Positions 29,603 to 39,772 of a stretch of DNA of 64,000 bases are shown here, one piece after another (the stretch's first letter is position 1; every line of letters starts with the position of its first letter). The position numbers and the translations under genes are program-made. Source of the DNA: an uncultured Candidatus Rokubacteria bacterium (GTDB taxonomy: Bacteria > Methylomirabilota > Methylomirabilia > Rokubacteriales > CSP1-6); the NCBI GenBank assembly GCA_963754315.1, contig CAVWFS010000008.1:384001-448000 (forward strand). The letters are read 5' to 3'. The notes below the pieces were generated by a model. It searched no databases, had not been told where the DNA came from, and saw only the letters and a list, made by a program, of their open reading frames with translations.

Positions 29603-31336
29603 TCAGAGTTGCCAGTCTTGATACCAGGTCGACTCGGCGCCCACACCTTCCCGCGCGACCGTAACCTCGATCAGGTACGGTCGGTTCCCGCGGGTGATTC
29701 GCTCCATGCCCCGCCGCAGGGCCGGCTCGAGCTCCTTCACGGTCGTGACGGCTTCGCCATCCACGCCCTGCGAACGGGCGAGGGCAACGTAATCGGTGGC
29801 GGGGGCTCCCAGATAAATGCCCGGATAGCGCCCGTCGCGGACCATCTTGCTATCCGGAACCTCGCGCGCCCAGTTGTGCCGGACGATCTGGTAGCTCTCG
29901 TTGTTGGAGACGATGGTCAGTACCGCCGTGTTGTAGCGGGCCATCGTCCAGAACCCAGCCGCGCTATACGTCAGGGCCCCGTCCCCGAGGTGGAGCACCA
30001 CCGGTCGCTCGCGCCCGACGGCGATCTTGGCGCCGATGGCAGCGCCCACCCCCCAGCCGAGAGAGCCTCCCCCGCTGCGGGTCCAGCCCATTCCCTGATG
30101 CCCGAGGGACATCAGGGTCGTGCGGGCGGTGGAGCTCTCCTGGACCATCGTCGTAGTCGACGGCAACAGCTCGGCCAGCTGCGCCTCGAGCACGCTCGGA
30201 TGCACGATCGTGTCGTGCTCGTGCTCGCGCACGAGGTCTTTCTCACGCTCGATCAGGAGGGCAGCGTACGCGCGCACCTTCGCCCGTTGGCGGGCCCAGG
30301 TGGCTACTCGCTCGGAAGGGTGCAGGCGCGTGAGCACGTCGCCGAGATCGTGGAGTGTCCCCTTCAGCTCGCATTGCGCAGCGAGGTCGAGCGGATAGTG
30401 GCGGCCCATCAGGAGCGGGTTGGGGCCGATCTGCATCACGGCAGGCTCGCTCACGGCGCCATGCACGCCCTGGCATCCGATCAGGAAGAGAAGGTCAGGC
30501 TTCAGTCCGCTGACCTTCTGGAAATCCTGGGAGGCTGGGTACATGCCGCAGTAAAGCGGATGTCGGGTGGGAAAGTTCGCGAAGATCTGTCTGGTCGCGA
30601 ACACCGGAGCCTCGAGGATCTCGGCCAGGCGCACGGCCTCGGCCTGGGCTCCCTCTCGCCAGACGTCGTCGCCGAAGATCAGCAGGGGGCACTGGGCTTC
30701 GCCGAGCCTTCGGGCGATTGCCTCGACCGTCGGCGGCCGCGCCGGGCCAGGCCGCTCGATCCGGTACTGGGCTGCCTCGCCGATCTGGGCTTCGAGCCCC
30801 TCGCGATTCAGGAGCTCGGCGCTGATCGAGAGGTACACGGGGCCGGTGGGTGGTGTGGTCGCTTCGCGCAGGGCACGGGTGGTGGCCACTGTAATGGCGG
30901 CGGGGTTGGCCACGACTTGATACGCGCAGCGCGCCTCCTTGGTCAGCGGACGCATCGATTCGGCCTGGCTCAATCCCGGGAAGGGGGCGAGACCGCGATA
31001 GTCCTGCAGCTCGGACGCCCAGTCGCCGGCAATCACCAGGAGGGAGGAACCGGCCACCTGGGCATTGAAGAGCTGTCCGGCCAGCTGGTAGGAGCCGCCC
31101 ATCACGTGCGCGATGACGACTCCGACCCGGCCGCTGATTCGGTGATATCCATCGGCCATGGCCGCCACCAGTCCCTCGTGCTTGCCGACCACGAGCCGCT
31201 GATCTCCATCCTCGGCCAGGGCCGCAAAGATCCCGGTCTCCGCCGAGCCGGGATTCGTGAAGAGATACTCGACGCCAGCATCCTTGAGGGTCTGAAGGAG
31301 CAACATACCGCCGGTACCGGTGACGGTCTTGCGCAT
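29603..31336 (-). CDS. Thiamine pyrophosphate-binding protein (benzoylformate decarboxylase-like)
   Basis: FTNPGSAE, HEGLVAAMADGY, GSLGWG, GDGA...NNESY. Confidence 0.9.
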   Translation of the reverse strand: MRKTVTGTGGMLLLQTLKDAGVEYLFTNPGSAETGIFAALAEDGDQRLVVGKHEGLVAAMADGYHRISGRVGVVIAHVMGGSYQLAGQLFNAQVAGSSLLVIAGDWASELQDYRGLAPFPGLSQAESMRPLTKEARCAYQVVANPAAITVATTRALREATTPPTGPVYLSISAELLNREGLEAQIGEAAQYRIERPGPARPPTVEAIARRLGEAQCPLLIFGDDVWREGAQAEAVRLAEILEAPVFATRQIFANFPTRHPLYCGMYPASQDFQKVSGLKPDLLFLIGCQGVHGAVSEPAVMQIGPNPLLMGRHYPLDLAAQCELKGTLHDLGDVLTRLHPSERVATWARQRAKVRAYAALLIEREKDLVREHEHDTIVHPSVLEAQLAELLPSTTTMVQESSTARTTLMSLGHQGMGWTRSGGGSLGWGVGAAIGAKIAVGRERPVVLHLGDGALTYSAAGFWTMARYNTAVLTIVSNNESYQIVRHNWAREVPDSKMVRDGRYPGIYLGAPATDYVALARSQGVDGEAVTTVKELEPALRRGMERITRGNRPYLIEVTVAREGVGAESTWYQDWQL

Positions 31337-31402
31337 GGTCTACCTCGTTGGGTGATCGTTCACGTCTAGGCCGGAGCACTATACCAGGAGCCCCCGAACG
31401 CC

Positions 31403-31433
31403 TTGACACGGCAATCGGGCGGATCCTAGGATC
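31403..31433 (+). promoter_or_regulatory. Putative sigma70 promoter with a 12-bp palindrome over the -10 box
   Basis: TTGACA(31403)-N18-TAGGAT(31427); gatcctaggatc palindrome at 31422-31433. Confidence 0.55.
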
Positions 31434-31460
31434 GGCCAAGCCCGCACAGGAGGCGACAGC

Positions 31461-32042
31461 ATGCCCCTCACCCGGTACGCGCTCGACGAGTTCATCCACG
31501 ACATGAGTGATCTGGTCTCGACCCAGCCTGATCAGGCGATCCTTTTCGACAGGGGGTCGCGCCTCATCGAACGACTGGTGCGCGATCCGGAATCGGTGCC
31601 GGAAGAGTACCGGCGGCCCGCCCCGCGCGGCCGGCGTCCGGGCGGGGGCAGTTATGTTCTCCACCGTGCACCCGGACTGTCGGTGACGAGCGTGGTGTGG
31701 GGCCCGGGCTCCCACGTGGGGCCGCATGATCATCACACGTGGGGAATGATTGGCGTCATGGGTAACGCCATCCAGGAAACGCGCTTTCGGCGCGTCGACG
31801 ACCGCTCCCGTGAGGGCTACGCCACCCTCGAGAAGGACCGTGCTGTCCTGGTGAAGCCGGGCCAGGTCTCGTTGCTGGTCCCGGACGTGGACGAGATCCA
31901 TCAGCTCGACAACTTCAGCGACCGCACCACGGTCGAGATCCACGTCTACGGGACCGATCTCGTGGGCCTTCAGCGCTGTCGGTATGATCTGCAGACAGGT
32001 GCCGTCGCGTCCTATGTCCTCGGCAAGTACGATAACTGCTGA
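31461..32042 (+). CDS. Cysteine/thiol dioxygenase family cupin
   Basis: VWGPG..PHDHHTWG, EIHQL (3-His site), EIHVYG. Confidence 0.85.
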   Translation: MPLTRYALDEFIHDMSDLVSTQPDQAILFDRGSRLIERLVRDPESVPEEYRRPAPRGRRPGGGSYVLHRAPGLSVTSVVWGPGSHVGPHDHHTWGMIGVMGNAIQETRFRRVDDRSREGYATLEKDRAVLVKPGQVSLLVPDVDEIHQLDNFSDRTTVEIHVYGTDLVGLQRCRYDLQTGAVASYVLGKYDNC

Positions 32043-32045
32043 ACG

Positions 32046-33029
32046 ATGAAACAGGCGGTGCTCGAGCGGTACGGGCCACCGGAAGAGGTCGTGCGCTGCG
32101 TTGACGTTCCCGACGTGGGTACACCAGGCGCCGGCGAAGTCGTGTTCAACGTCCTCGCCTTTCCGATCAACCCGGCAGACATCTCGATGTGCAAGGGCAG
32201 CTATCGTCTGCGGCCGACCTTGCCGGCTACGCCCGGCGCCGAGTGCATCGGGCGCGTCACCGCGGTCGGCCGGGGTGTCACCCACGTCAAGCGCGATGAC
32301 CTGGTCATCACCCTGCAACGCGAGAATTGGGCCCAGCAGCGTCGTGTTCCCGGTGACGACGTCATCCCGGTGCCGCCTGGCGTCGACGTGCAGCAGGGCG
32401 CCATGCTTCGCATCAACCCAGCCACTGCCCTGCTGCTGCTCGCCGACATCGTCGATCTGAAGCCTGGTGACTGGGTCGTCCAGAACGTTGCCAACTCGGC
32501 GGTGGGTCGCCTGGTGATCCGCCTGGCTCGGGCGCGGGGAATCAAGACAATGAACGTCGTGCGGCGCCAGGCGCTCTTCGACGACCTGAGGGCGCTCGGC
32601 GCCGACGCCTGCGCTGTCGACGGGCCGGACCTGGCCGAGACCGTCAAGTCCTTGACGGGAGGCACGCCGATCCGTCTTGGGCTCGATGCGGTGTCAGGGC
32701 GCGCCACGGCGCGGCTCTCATTGTGCGTGGGGGAGGGTGGCGTGGTGTGCAACTACGGATCGATGAGCGGGGAGGACCCGATGATGGCACGGAGTGCGCT
32801 CAGCGGGAACGGTCAGACCTTGGTCGGGTTCATCCTCGGCCGCGCCTTGGCCCGGCGCTCGCTCCCGCAGATCCGGGCCATCTACGCCGATCTCGGCGAG
32901 CAGATCCTGAACGGCACGTTGTCCGCTCCCATCGAGAAGGTCTACCCGATCGAGGAGATCAAGGCCGCTCTCACCCACGCCCAGCGTGGCGAACGCAGCG
33001 GCAAGATCCTGGTGATGCCCCATGCGTAA
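32046..33029 (+). CDS. MDR-family 2-enoyl thioester reductase-like oxidoreductase
   Basis: PINPAD, LPATPGAE, INPATA, VQNVANSAVG, NYGSMSG. Confidence 0.88.
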   Translation: MKQAVLERYGPPEEVVRCVDVPDVGTPGAGEVVFNVLAFPINPADISMCKGSYRLRPTLPATPGAECIGRVTAVGRGVTHVKRDDLVITLQRENWAQQRRVPGDDVIPVPPGVDVQQGAMLRINPATALLLLADIVDLKPGDWVVQNVANSAVGRLVIRLARARGIKTMNVVRRQALFDDLRALGADACAVDGPDLAETVKSLTGGTPIRLGLDAVSGRATARLSLCVGEGGVVCNYGSMSGEDPMMARSALSGNGQTLVGFILGRALARRSLPQIRAIYADLGEQILNGTLSAPIEKVYPIEEIKAALTHAQRGERSGKILVMPHA

Positions 33030-34650
33030 GGACACCCTCAAGCCCAGGGAGATCGCCGCTGCCACCCTCGCCCAGCTCCTGGAGACGGCCTCGGCGCTGG
33101 CGCTGATCGACGTGCGCGAGCATGGCGAGTACAACCTCGCTCACATTCCCGGCGCCAGCTCCGTGCCGCGCCGGCAGCTTGAGACCCGCATGGCTCGCCT
33201 CGTCCCGTTCCGCGGGGTGCAGGTGGTCGTCTGCGACGATACCGGTCGTCGCGCGGCGCTGGCGGCCGACACAGTGACGCGGATGGGCTACAGCCGGGTC
33301 GCGGTGCTGGAGGGCGGCGTCAATCGTTGGGCCAGCCACAATCTGCCCACCGAGTGGGGCATGAACGTGCCCAGCAAGGACTTCGGCGAGAAGGTCGAGG
33401 TGCAGTACCACGTGCCGACCATCGACGCCGACGAGCTCGCCCGCCGTCAAGGTCGGGGCGACGATCTGATCATCCTCGACACGCGCACGCCGGAGGAGTA
33501 CCAGCGCTTCTGCATCCCCGGGGGGCGCAGCGTGCCGGGTGGCGAGCTGGCGCTGAGGATTCACGACCTCCGGCGCGAACGCCCGCACGCGACGGTGGTG
33601 GTTAACTGCGCCGGACGCACGCGCAGTATCATCGGGGCTCGGGTGCTCCAGCGGATGCAGCTGCCCAACGTCGTCAGCCTCCGCAATGGCACCTCTGGCT
33701 GGCTGCTGGCGGGGCTCGAGCTGGAACGTGGCGCAAACCGCGTGGACCTGCCCAGCCCCTCCGCGGAGGGGCGCGCGGCGGCCGAGGCCTACGCGGCCGG
33801 CGTCGCCGCTGAGGACGGCGTGCGGATGCTGGCTGTCGACGAGCTGCAAGTGCTTCTGGCACGGGCCAGCACCGAGACGGTGTATCTGATCGACGTGCGC
33901 ACGCGCGATGAATACACGGCTGGCCACATTCCCGGCTTCTGGTGGGTTCCCGGAGGTCAGGCGGTGCAGCGGGCCGATGATACGGCGGCCGTGCGCAACG
34001 GCAGTGTCGTCTTCTGCTGCGATGGTACGGTGCGGGCGGCGGTGACAGCCTCCTGGTACCGCCAGATGGATTTTCCCAACGTCTTCGCCATTGCCGGCGG
34101 TACGACGGCCTGGAAAGCGGCGGGCCTTCGGCTGGCGACAGGGGCCGACGAGCCCGTGGAACCACTGGTAACCCAGGCCAAAGCGCGCGTGAGACAGGTC
34201 TCGCCAGACGAGCTGGCCGCGGCCCTGGCATCGGCGCGGCCACCTGTAATCTTGCACGTCGATCCGAGCGACCGCTTCGCTGCCGGCCATGTCCCCGGTT
34301 CGCGATGGCTCCCGCGCGGCTGGCTGGAACTCAAGGTCGGTGAGGTCGTGAGCGACACCGTCGCGCCGGTCGTGGTCACCGACGAGGATGGCGACAATGC
34401 TTCGCTGAGCGCGGCGACGTTGCTCGACCTGGGATATCGCGAGGTAGCCGCCTTGGACGGAGGTACGCAGGCGTGGCGCCAGCAGGGTCGACCGCTGGAG
34501 CACGGTCTGACCGGCCTGGTTCGTCCCCCGGACGATGTCGTGCCCGCCGGCCCCGATCGCAGTTTCGCCGACATGATCAACTATCTGCGCTGGGAGGAGC
34601 GGCTCGGGCACAAGTACGCGCCCCCCGGCGAAGGTTCCCGCCCGGGGTAG
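33022..34650 (+). CDS. Four-domain rhodanese / sulfurtransferase
   Basis: Four DVR/DTR..(H)IPG-type units; domain 2 has the active-site loop CAGRTRS. Confidence 0.9.
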   Translation: MRKDTLKPREIAAATLAQLLETASALALIDVREHGEYNLAHIPGASSVPRRQLETRMARLVPFRGVQVVVCDDTGRRAALAADTVTRMGYSRVAVLEGGVNRWASHNLPTEWGMNVPSKDFGEKVEVQYHVPTIDADELARRQGRGDDLIILDTRTPEEYQRFCIPGGRSVPGGELALRIHDLRRERPHATVVVNCAGRTRSIIGARVLQRMQLPNVVSLRNGTSGWLLAGLELERGANRVDLPSPSAEGRAAAEAYAAGVAAEDGVRMLAVDELQVLLARASTETVYLIDVRTRDEYTAGHIPGFWWVPGGQAVQRADDTAAVRNGSVVFCCDGTVRAAVTASWYRQMDFPNVFAIAGGTTAWKAAGLRLATGADEPVEPLVTQAKARVRQVSPDELAAALASARPPVILHVDPSDRFAAGHVPGSRWLPRGWLELKVGEVVSDTVAPVVVTDEDGDNASLSAATLLDLGYREVAALDGGTQAWRQQGRPLEHGLTGLVRPPDDVVPAGPDRSFADMINYLRWEERLGHKYAPPGEGSRPG

Positions 34651-34670
34651 CGTCCGCTACGACGAACGTC

Positions 34671-35549
34671 CTACTCAGGACCGACCAAACCGATGTAGAC
34701 GCCGCATGCGTGCTCGGGAGGCACCAGCATCGCCTGCTCGCCGGTGTTGCGGACACCTCGGGCCGGCGGCGGCACCGCATGGTCCTGCATCCAGCGGGCC
34801 GCCGCCGCCATACCGGTCGTACGATAGAGCACCTGGAACGGTCCGGGTCCGCGGCGAGCGATGGCGTCGGCAGCGGGACCGGGCGCATAGGGCTGCGCGA
34901 TGCTCAGACCGGTCGGCCCCAGGTCGAAGACGGCCATATCGGCCATGATGACTGTCCCTCGCTGGATCCGGGGCACCGGCGTTCCGAGCACCCGCGCATA
35001 GGTCTCGGCGTCGGCGCGCACGTCGGTGGTCGCAACGTAGACGCGGTCGATTCTCTGCACTCCGTTGGGATGGTTTCCTACCGTCGGCACCTGTCGCCGT
35101 CTCGCCTCGCGCGAGCTCAGGTGCTGGATGAAGACGATGGGGAGCGGATGCCGGCCCCTGAGCGCGGCAACGCGCCACGAGAGCTCCACGCCGTTCGCCG
35201 TCCGGCGACTGCCTTCGATCCCGTCGCCCACGTCCACCCCGCGACTCCTCATCGCCTCCACGTCCGCCGCCAGATCGTCACTGGCCACGACCACGTACCG
35301 CAGGCCACCTCCCGCGGCGATGAAGTCGATGAGACCCCCGGTGGCCCCAGCCGCCGCCCGGTACTGGTCGGGGTCGCGCACGCTCAGCAGTTCCAGATAG
35401 TCGTCCTCGTTGAGGCTGATCGCGTTGTGCGTGCCCCGCCCGGGATGCACACCGCCCGGGTAGACATTGAAGCCGAGCCTCGTGTAGGTCTCGATACCCG
35501 TGTCGAGGTCGGGCACCCCAATCACGACGTGGTCAATTCGCGTGAGCAT
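34671..35549 (-). CDS. VOC (glyoxalase_3) family protein
   Basis: IDHVVIGV, GGVHPGRGTHN, YLELL, PIVFIQ, HPNG. Confidence 0.88.
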   Translation of the reverse strand: MLTRIDHVVIGVPDLDTGIETYTRLGFNVYPGGVHPGRGTHNAISLNEDDYLELLSVRDPDQYRAAAGATGGLIDFIAAGGGLRYVVVASDDLAADVEAMRSRGVDVGDGIEGSRRTANGVELSWRVAALRGRHPLPIVFIQHLSSREARRRQVPTVGNHPNGVQRIDRVYVATTDVRADAETYARVLGTPVPRIQRGTVIMADMAVFDLGPTGLSIAQPYAPGPAADAIARRGPGPFQVLYRTTGMAAAARWMQDHAVPPPARGVRNTGEQAMLVPPEHACGVYIGLVGPE

Positions 35550-35595
35550 GGTCCATCCAGTGTGCCAGAGGTGCGCGGCCTCTGTCTTGAAATCA

Positions 35596-35641
35596 ATACA
35601 CCAAGATTGGGTTGTTCCATACACCATTGCGGTTCTATACT
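35596..35641 (+). promoter_or_regulatory. Putative vapBC promoter with ATACACCA direct repeats
   Basis: AT-rich patch; TTGTTC(35612)-N18-TATACT(35636); atacacca at 35596 and 35619. Confidence 0.45.
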
Positions 35642-35675
35642 TGACATCGTCGACGTCGCGCCCGGAGGCCGTGCC

Positions 35676-35876
35676 GTGGGGAGGACCAACATCGTTCTTG
35701 ACGATCGCCTCGTGCGGGAAGGTCTGCGCAGATTCCGATGTCGCTCGAAGCGCGAGCTCGTTCATCTGGCCCTCTCCGAGTTGCTCAAGCGTGCGCGCCG
35801 GCGTGATCTTCTGTCGCTGCGCGGTCAGGTGACGTGGGAGGGGGACCTCACCGAGCTGCGACGTCTCCGCCCGTGA
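35676..35876 (+). CDS. vapB: Type II TA antitoxin, VapB family
   Basis: GTG start; MGRTNIVLDDRLV...SKRELVHLAL...LLSLRGQVTWEGDL. Stop overlaps the toxin start (GTGA). Confidence 0.88.
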   Translation: MGRTNIVLDDRLVREGLRRFRCRSKRELVHLALSELLKRARRRDLLSLRGQVTWEGDLTELRRLRP

Positions 35877-36274
35877 TCGTCGTCGATACGACGATCTGGA
35901 TCGACTTCCTTGAGGCTCGAGGCACCGCCTTCGACCGTCACCTCACGGAGCTTGTGGAAGCGGACGCTCCGATTACCCTCATCGACATCGTGTATTGCGA
36001 GGTGCTGCAGGGGATTCGGAACGATGACGTCTATCAACGAATTCGAGCCAGCCTGCTCGCTCACCCGATCTTGCGTCCGCGAGGTCTCCAGACGTTCGAG
36101 ACGGCCGCCAACCTGTATCGGTCGGCACGGCGCCGAGGGTTCACCATCAGACGCAGCGTGGACTGCCTCATCGCCGCCACGTGCCTCGAGAATGATGCAG
36201 AGATCTATCACAACGACCGCGACTTTGACACTCTCGCCAGGGTATCGACCCTGATGGTCTATCGCCAGCCCTGA
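35873..36274 (+). CDS. vapC: PIN-domain toxin VapC
   Basis: IVVDTTIWID, EVLQG, DCLIAA, HNDRDF acidic PIN residues. Confidence 0.93.
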   Translation: MIVVDTTIWIDFLEARGTAFDRHLTELVEADAPITLIDIVYCEVLQGIRNDDVYQRIRASLLAHPILRPRGLQTFETAANLYRSARRRGFTIRRSVDCLIAATCLENDAEIYHNDRDFDTLARVSTLMVYRQP

Positions 36275-36484
36275 CCGAGAGCTAACGAATGTTCGCCCCT
36301 GCAGGCGGTCGCCGGGCAGATCAAGAGAGGCGGCCGGGGCGCCGATCTTCAACAATGGTCATTGATTACCGATTACCGGACAGACCAGGGCATTTACTGG
36401 ACTCTCACCACTTTCGAGCCGCGCCACCGTGCCGACCGGTCCCACCGAAGGGTGGCACATGCGCAGAGACGGCCTCATAAACCA

Positions 36485-36513
36485 TTGACAGGTGGTGGCG
36501 CGCTGTCTAGACT
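36485..36513 (+). promoter_or_regulatory. Near-consensus sigma70 promoter of the TRAP operon
   Basis: TTGACA-N17-TAGACT; SD ggagga before ATG 36571. Confidence 0.7.
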
Positions 36514-36570
36514 CGGCCAGCTTCTTGCCAAGAGTGGAGCACGACGACGGCGATCCAAAGGAGGAGCGCT

Positions 36571-37707
36571 ATGCGCAGGATGATATCCACGAGAACAGCA
36601 ATTGCCCTGGCCCTCATTGTCGGGTTGCTGGCGTACCTGGCGGGTTCGTACGGCGCGCCCGCCCCCGCCACGGCCCAGACGCCAATCCGGTGGAAGGTGC
36701 AGAGCGCGTGGCCGCCGACGTCCATCGTCCAGGACGCAGCCAAGTTGCTGGTGGAGACGATCGAGAAGAATTCCGGAGGTCGGTTCAAGCTGGAGCTGTC
36801 GCCGGCGGGCGCCATCGTCCCGCCCTTCGAGATCCAGGACGCCGTGAACCGGGGCGTTATCGACGCGGGCCATACCACCCCTGGGTACATCATCGGCAAG
36901 CTGAAGGCCTTCGTTCCCCTGACCCACGGTCCCCTGTTCGGCATGGACTTCATCGACTACTACGGCTGGTACTGGGAGGGCGGCGGCCACGAGCTGCTTC
37001 AGGAGGCCTACCAGCAGAAGCTGAAGATGAACGTGGTCAGCTTCCAGGTCCATCCGGAAGGACCGCAGGCGATGGGCTGGTTCAAGAAAGAAATCCGGTC
37101 CTTCAACGACATCAAGGGCCAGCGGTATCGCATCTACGCGCGTGGGTGCCGAGGTCTACAACAAGCTCGGCATCCCGGCCGTGGTGCTCGCCGGCGGCGA
37201 GATCGTGCCGGCCCTGGAACGGGGGGCGATCGACGGCGCCGAGTGGATCAACTGCTACGACGACAAGGTCCTCGGCATCGACAAGGTGGCCAAGTTCCAC
37301 TACGCCCCGGGGATGCACGAGCCCACCACGGTGGGCGAGTTCATCATCAACAAGGGGAAGTGGGACGCGCTGCCGGCCGACCTGAAGGAGATCGTCAAAG
37401 TCTCCGTCCAGGCCTCGTACTGGAACCACTTCGTCCGGTTCCAGGAGAAGACGGCCAAGGCCTGTCAGGAACTGCTCGCGTCGGGCGTCAAGATCATCAA
37501 GACGACCGGACGAGCTGAACCGGGCGCTTCCTGAAGGCGTACGACGAGGTCTGGCAGGCGGATGCCGCCAAGGACGACTTCTACCGGAAGGTAATCGACT
37601 CGCAGAAGAAGTACTCCAGCCTGCTGGTGCCGTACCGCATGTCGTACTGGCCGAACTACAACTTCATCGGAGAGCACTACTACAAGGACAAGATCTGGCT
37701 GAAGTAG
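36571..37707 (+). CDS. dctP: TRAP solute-binding protein DctP (TakP-like), interrupted by apparent single-base insertions
   Basis: WKVQSAW, GWFKKEI, GEIVPALERGAIDGAEW. Continuity is restored by removing one base each near 37139, 37508 and 37523; ends ..KDKIWLK*. Confidence 0.85.
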
Positions 37708-37726
37708 CCGACCAGTGAGCCTGGAC

Positions 37727-37764
37727 CCCGGACGGCGGGCCGGTCCGCGGCCTCGCCGTCCGGG
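37727..37764. other. Stem-loop after the first dctP
   Basis: cccggacggcg / cgccgtccggg with an inner ggccg/cggcc stem. Confidence 0.55.
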
Positions 37765-37851
37765 CGTTGGACGGACCGCTCCGCCGACCCACGGACCCAC
37801 TCTTTCCTAGAGCTCGGCGCTCGAATGACGCGAACAGAACGGAGGAGCCAT

Positions 37852-38435
37852 GTGGCGACGGCTGCCCCAGTAGAACCCAACCATCGCGATGCGTCGCCGG
37901 CCTTCCGGACCACGGTCGAGCTCATCGACCGCTTCGCGAGCTACACCGGACGGCCCATCGCATGGCTCATCATCCCCATGACCATCGCCGTCACGTGGGA
38001 GGTCGTGGCCCGCCACTTCTTCCGCGCGCCCACCATCTGGGCCTACGACGTCGTCTACATGCTCTACGGCACGCACTTCATGCTGGGGACCGCCTACACC
38101 CTGATGCGGATCGGGCACGTGCGCACCGACATGCTCTATTCGCGCTGGTCCATCCGCCGCCAGAACAGGATCGACGCGATCGGGTACTTCTTCTTCTTCT
38201 TCCCGGCGATGATCCTCCTGTTCTACTTCGGCTGGCAGGAGGCCTATCATGCGTTCCAGATCGGCGAGACCTCGGACGCGAGCCCCTGGCGGCCGATCGT
38301 GTGGCCGTTCAAGTTCGTGATCCCCCTCACCGCGCTCTCCTGCTCATCCAGGGCATCGCGGAGCTCCTCAAGAGCATCTACGCCATTCGAACGGGCCGCG
38401 AGTGGGTCCATCGTGAGCACCTGGAGATCGGATGA
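37852..38435 (+). CDS. dctQ: TRAP small permease DctQ, apparent -1 frameshift near 38337
   Basis: EVVARHFF.APTIW, GHVRTD. The C-terminus LLLIQGIAELLK..EIG* is in another frame and its stop overlaps the dctM start. Confidence 0.85.
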
Positions 38436-39751
38436 GCCCCGAACTGCTCGGCGGCATCATGCTGGTGATCATGCTGGGGGCCATCTTCATCGGCTTCCCG
38501 ATCTCGTTCACCTTGCTCCTCCTCGCGCTGATCTTCGGCTGGGTCGGGCTCGGGGACCGGGCCTTTTACATCATGGTGTTCCAGACCATCGGGATGATGA
38601 AGGAGGAGGTGCTGGCCGCGGTGCCCTTATTCATCTTCATGGGCTATCTGATGGAGCAGGGCGGCCTCATGGAGCGCCTGTTCAAGGGCTTCCAGCTCAT
38701 GATGGGGCCGGTGCCCGGCTCGCTCTACGTGGGCGTGCTGATCACCGCCACCATCTTCGGCATCGCCGCCGGCACGGTGGGGGCAACGGTGGTGCTGATG
38801 GGCATCATGGCCGTGCCCATCATGAGCAAGGCCGGCTACGACATCAAGATGTCCGCCGGCGCCATCACCGCGGGCGGCACCTTGGGCATCCTGGTCCCTC
38901 CGAGCGTCATGCTGGTCGTGATGGGGCCGGTCATGGGCGTCTCCGTCGCCGAACTCTACGCCTCGTGCTTCGGTCCCGGATTCCTCCTGGCCGGTATCTT
39001 CATCGTCTACTGCCTCGTCCGCAGCCTCATCAACCCGAAGCTCGGACCGCCCCTGCCGCCCGAGGAGCGAAGCGGGAGCATCAAGGAGATCGTCATCGAG
39101 CTGACGATGGGGATGCTGCCGCATGCCATCCTCATCATCGCCACCCTCGGGACCATCATCTGGGGATGGGCCACGCCTACCGAGGCGGCGGCCATGGGCG
39201 TCGTCGGCGCCGCCTTCCTCGCCGTGATCTACCGGCAGTTCACGTGGCAGCGGCTCAAGGACGCGGTCTACAACACCTTGCTCCAGTCCAGCACCGTCAT
39301 CTTCCTCGCCGTCTGCGGCAACGTGTTCGGCGCGGTGTTCTCGCGGCTGGGGACGGCCAAGGTGGCCACCGACGCCCTGCTCGCCTGGCAGATCCCGCCG
39401 GTGGCGATGCTGGCCTTGATCATGGTGGTCATCTTCCTGCTCGGCTGGCCCTTCGAGTGGCCGGCCATCATCCTGGTCTTCGTGCCGCTGATGCAGCCGG
39501 TCATCGCGGCGCTGAAGATCGACATGATCTGGTTCGCCACCCTCATCGCGATCAATCTCCAGACCGCCTTCCTCTCGCCGCCGGTGGCCATGTCGGCGTA
39601 CTATCTCAAGGGCGTGGCGCCCCAGTGGTCCCTCGGGGACATCTACCGGGGCATGGCGCAGTTCATGGTCCTGCAGCTCATCGGCCTCGCCCTCTGCATC
39701 ATCTTCCCCGAGATCGCGCTCTGGTTCCCGCGCTATCTGTTCGGCAAGTAA
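38432..39751 (+). CDS. dctM: TRAP large permease DctM
   Basis: GFPISFTL, LAAVPLFIFMG, GGTLGILVPPS, ATPTEAA, LSPP. Confidence 0.94.
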   Translation: MSPELLGGIMLVIMLGAIFIGFPISFTLLLLALIFGWVGLGDRAFYIMVFQTIGMMKEEVLAAVPLFIFMGYLMEQGGLMERLFKGFQLMMGPVPGSLYVGVLITATIFGIAAGTVGATVVLMGIMAVPIMSKAGYDIKMSAGAITAGGTLGILVPPSVMLVVMGPVMGVSVAELYASCFGPGFLLAGIFIVYCLVRSLINPKLGPPLPPEERSGSIKEIVIELTMGMLPHAILIIATLGTIIWGWATPTEAAAMGVVGAAFLAVIYRQFTWQRLKDAVYNTLLQSSTVIFLAVCGNVFGAVFSRLGTAKVATDALLAWQIPPVAMLALIMVVIFLLGWPFEWPAIILVFVPLMQPVIAALKIDMIWFATLIAINLQTAFLSPPVAMSAYYLKGVAPQWSLGDIYRGMAQFMVLQLIGLALCIIFPEIALWFPRYLFGK

Positions 39752-39772
39752 CCCCGTGACGGAGGAGGAGCC

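Noticed and set aside
27923..31369. 1148-aa + strand ORF and many other long antisense or alternate-frame ORFs (e.g. 4084-5928, 30495-32318, 38627-40885, 61468-63384)
   Set aside because: Shadow ORFs of recognisable genes caused by high GC3 and stop-codon scarcity; no family motifs.
36356..36390. gattacc tandem and TGGT..ACC GntR/FadR-like site upstream of the TRAP promoter
   Set aside because: Short, imperfect, more than 90 bp from the -35, and no regulator gene nearby; chance cannot be excluded.
37130..37530. Programmed ribosomal frameshifting in dctP1
   Set aside because: No slippery heptamer or stimulator seen; three shifts would be needed; sequencing error is more parsimonious.
37825..39759. 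644-aa apparent DctQ-DctM fusion
   Set aside because: After about 38337 the frame is nonsense; DctM is a separate ORF and DctQ is simply frameshifted.
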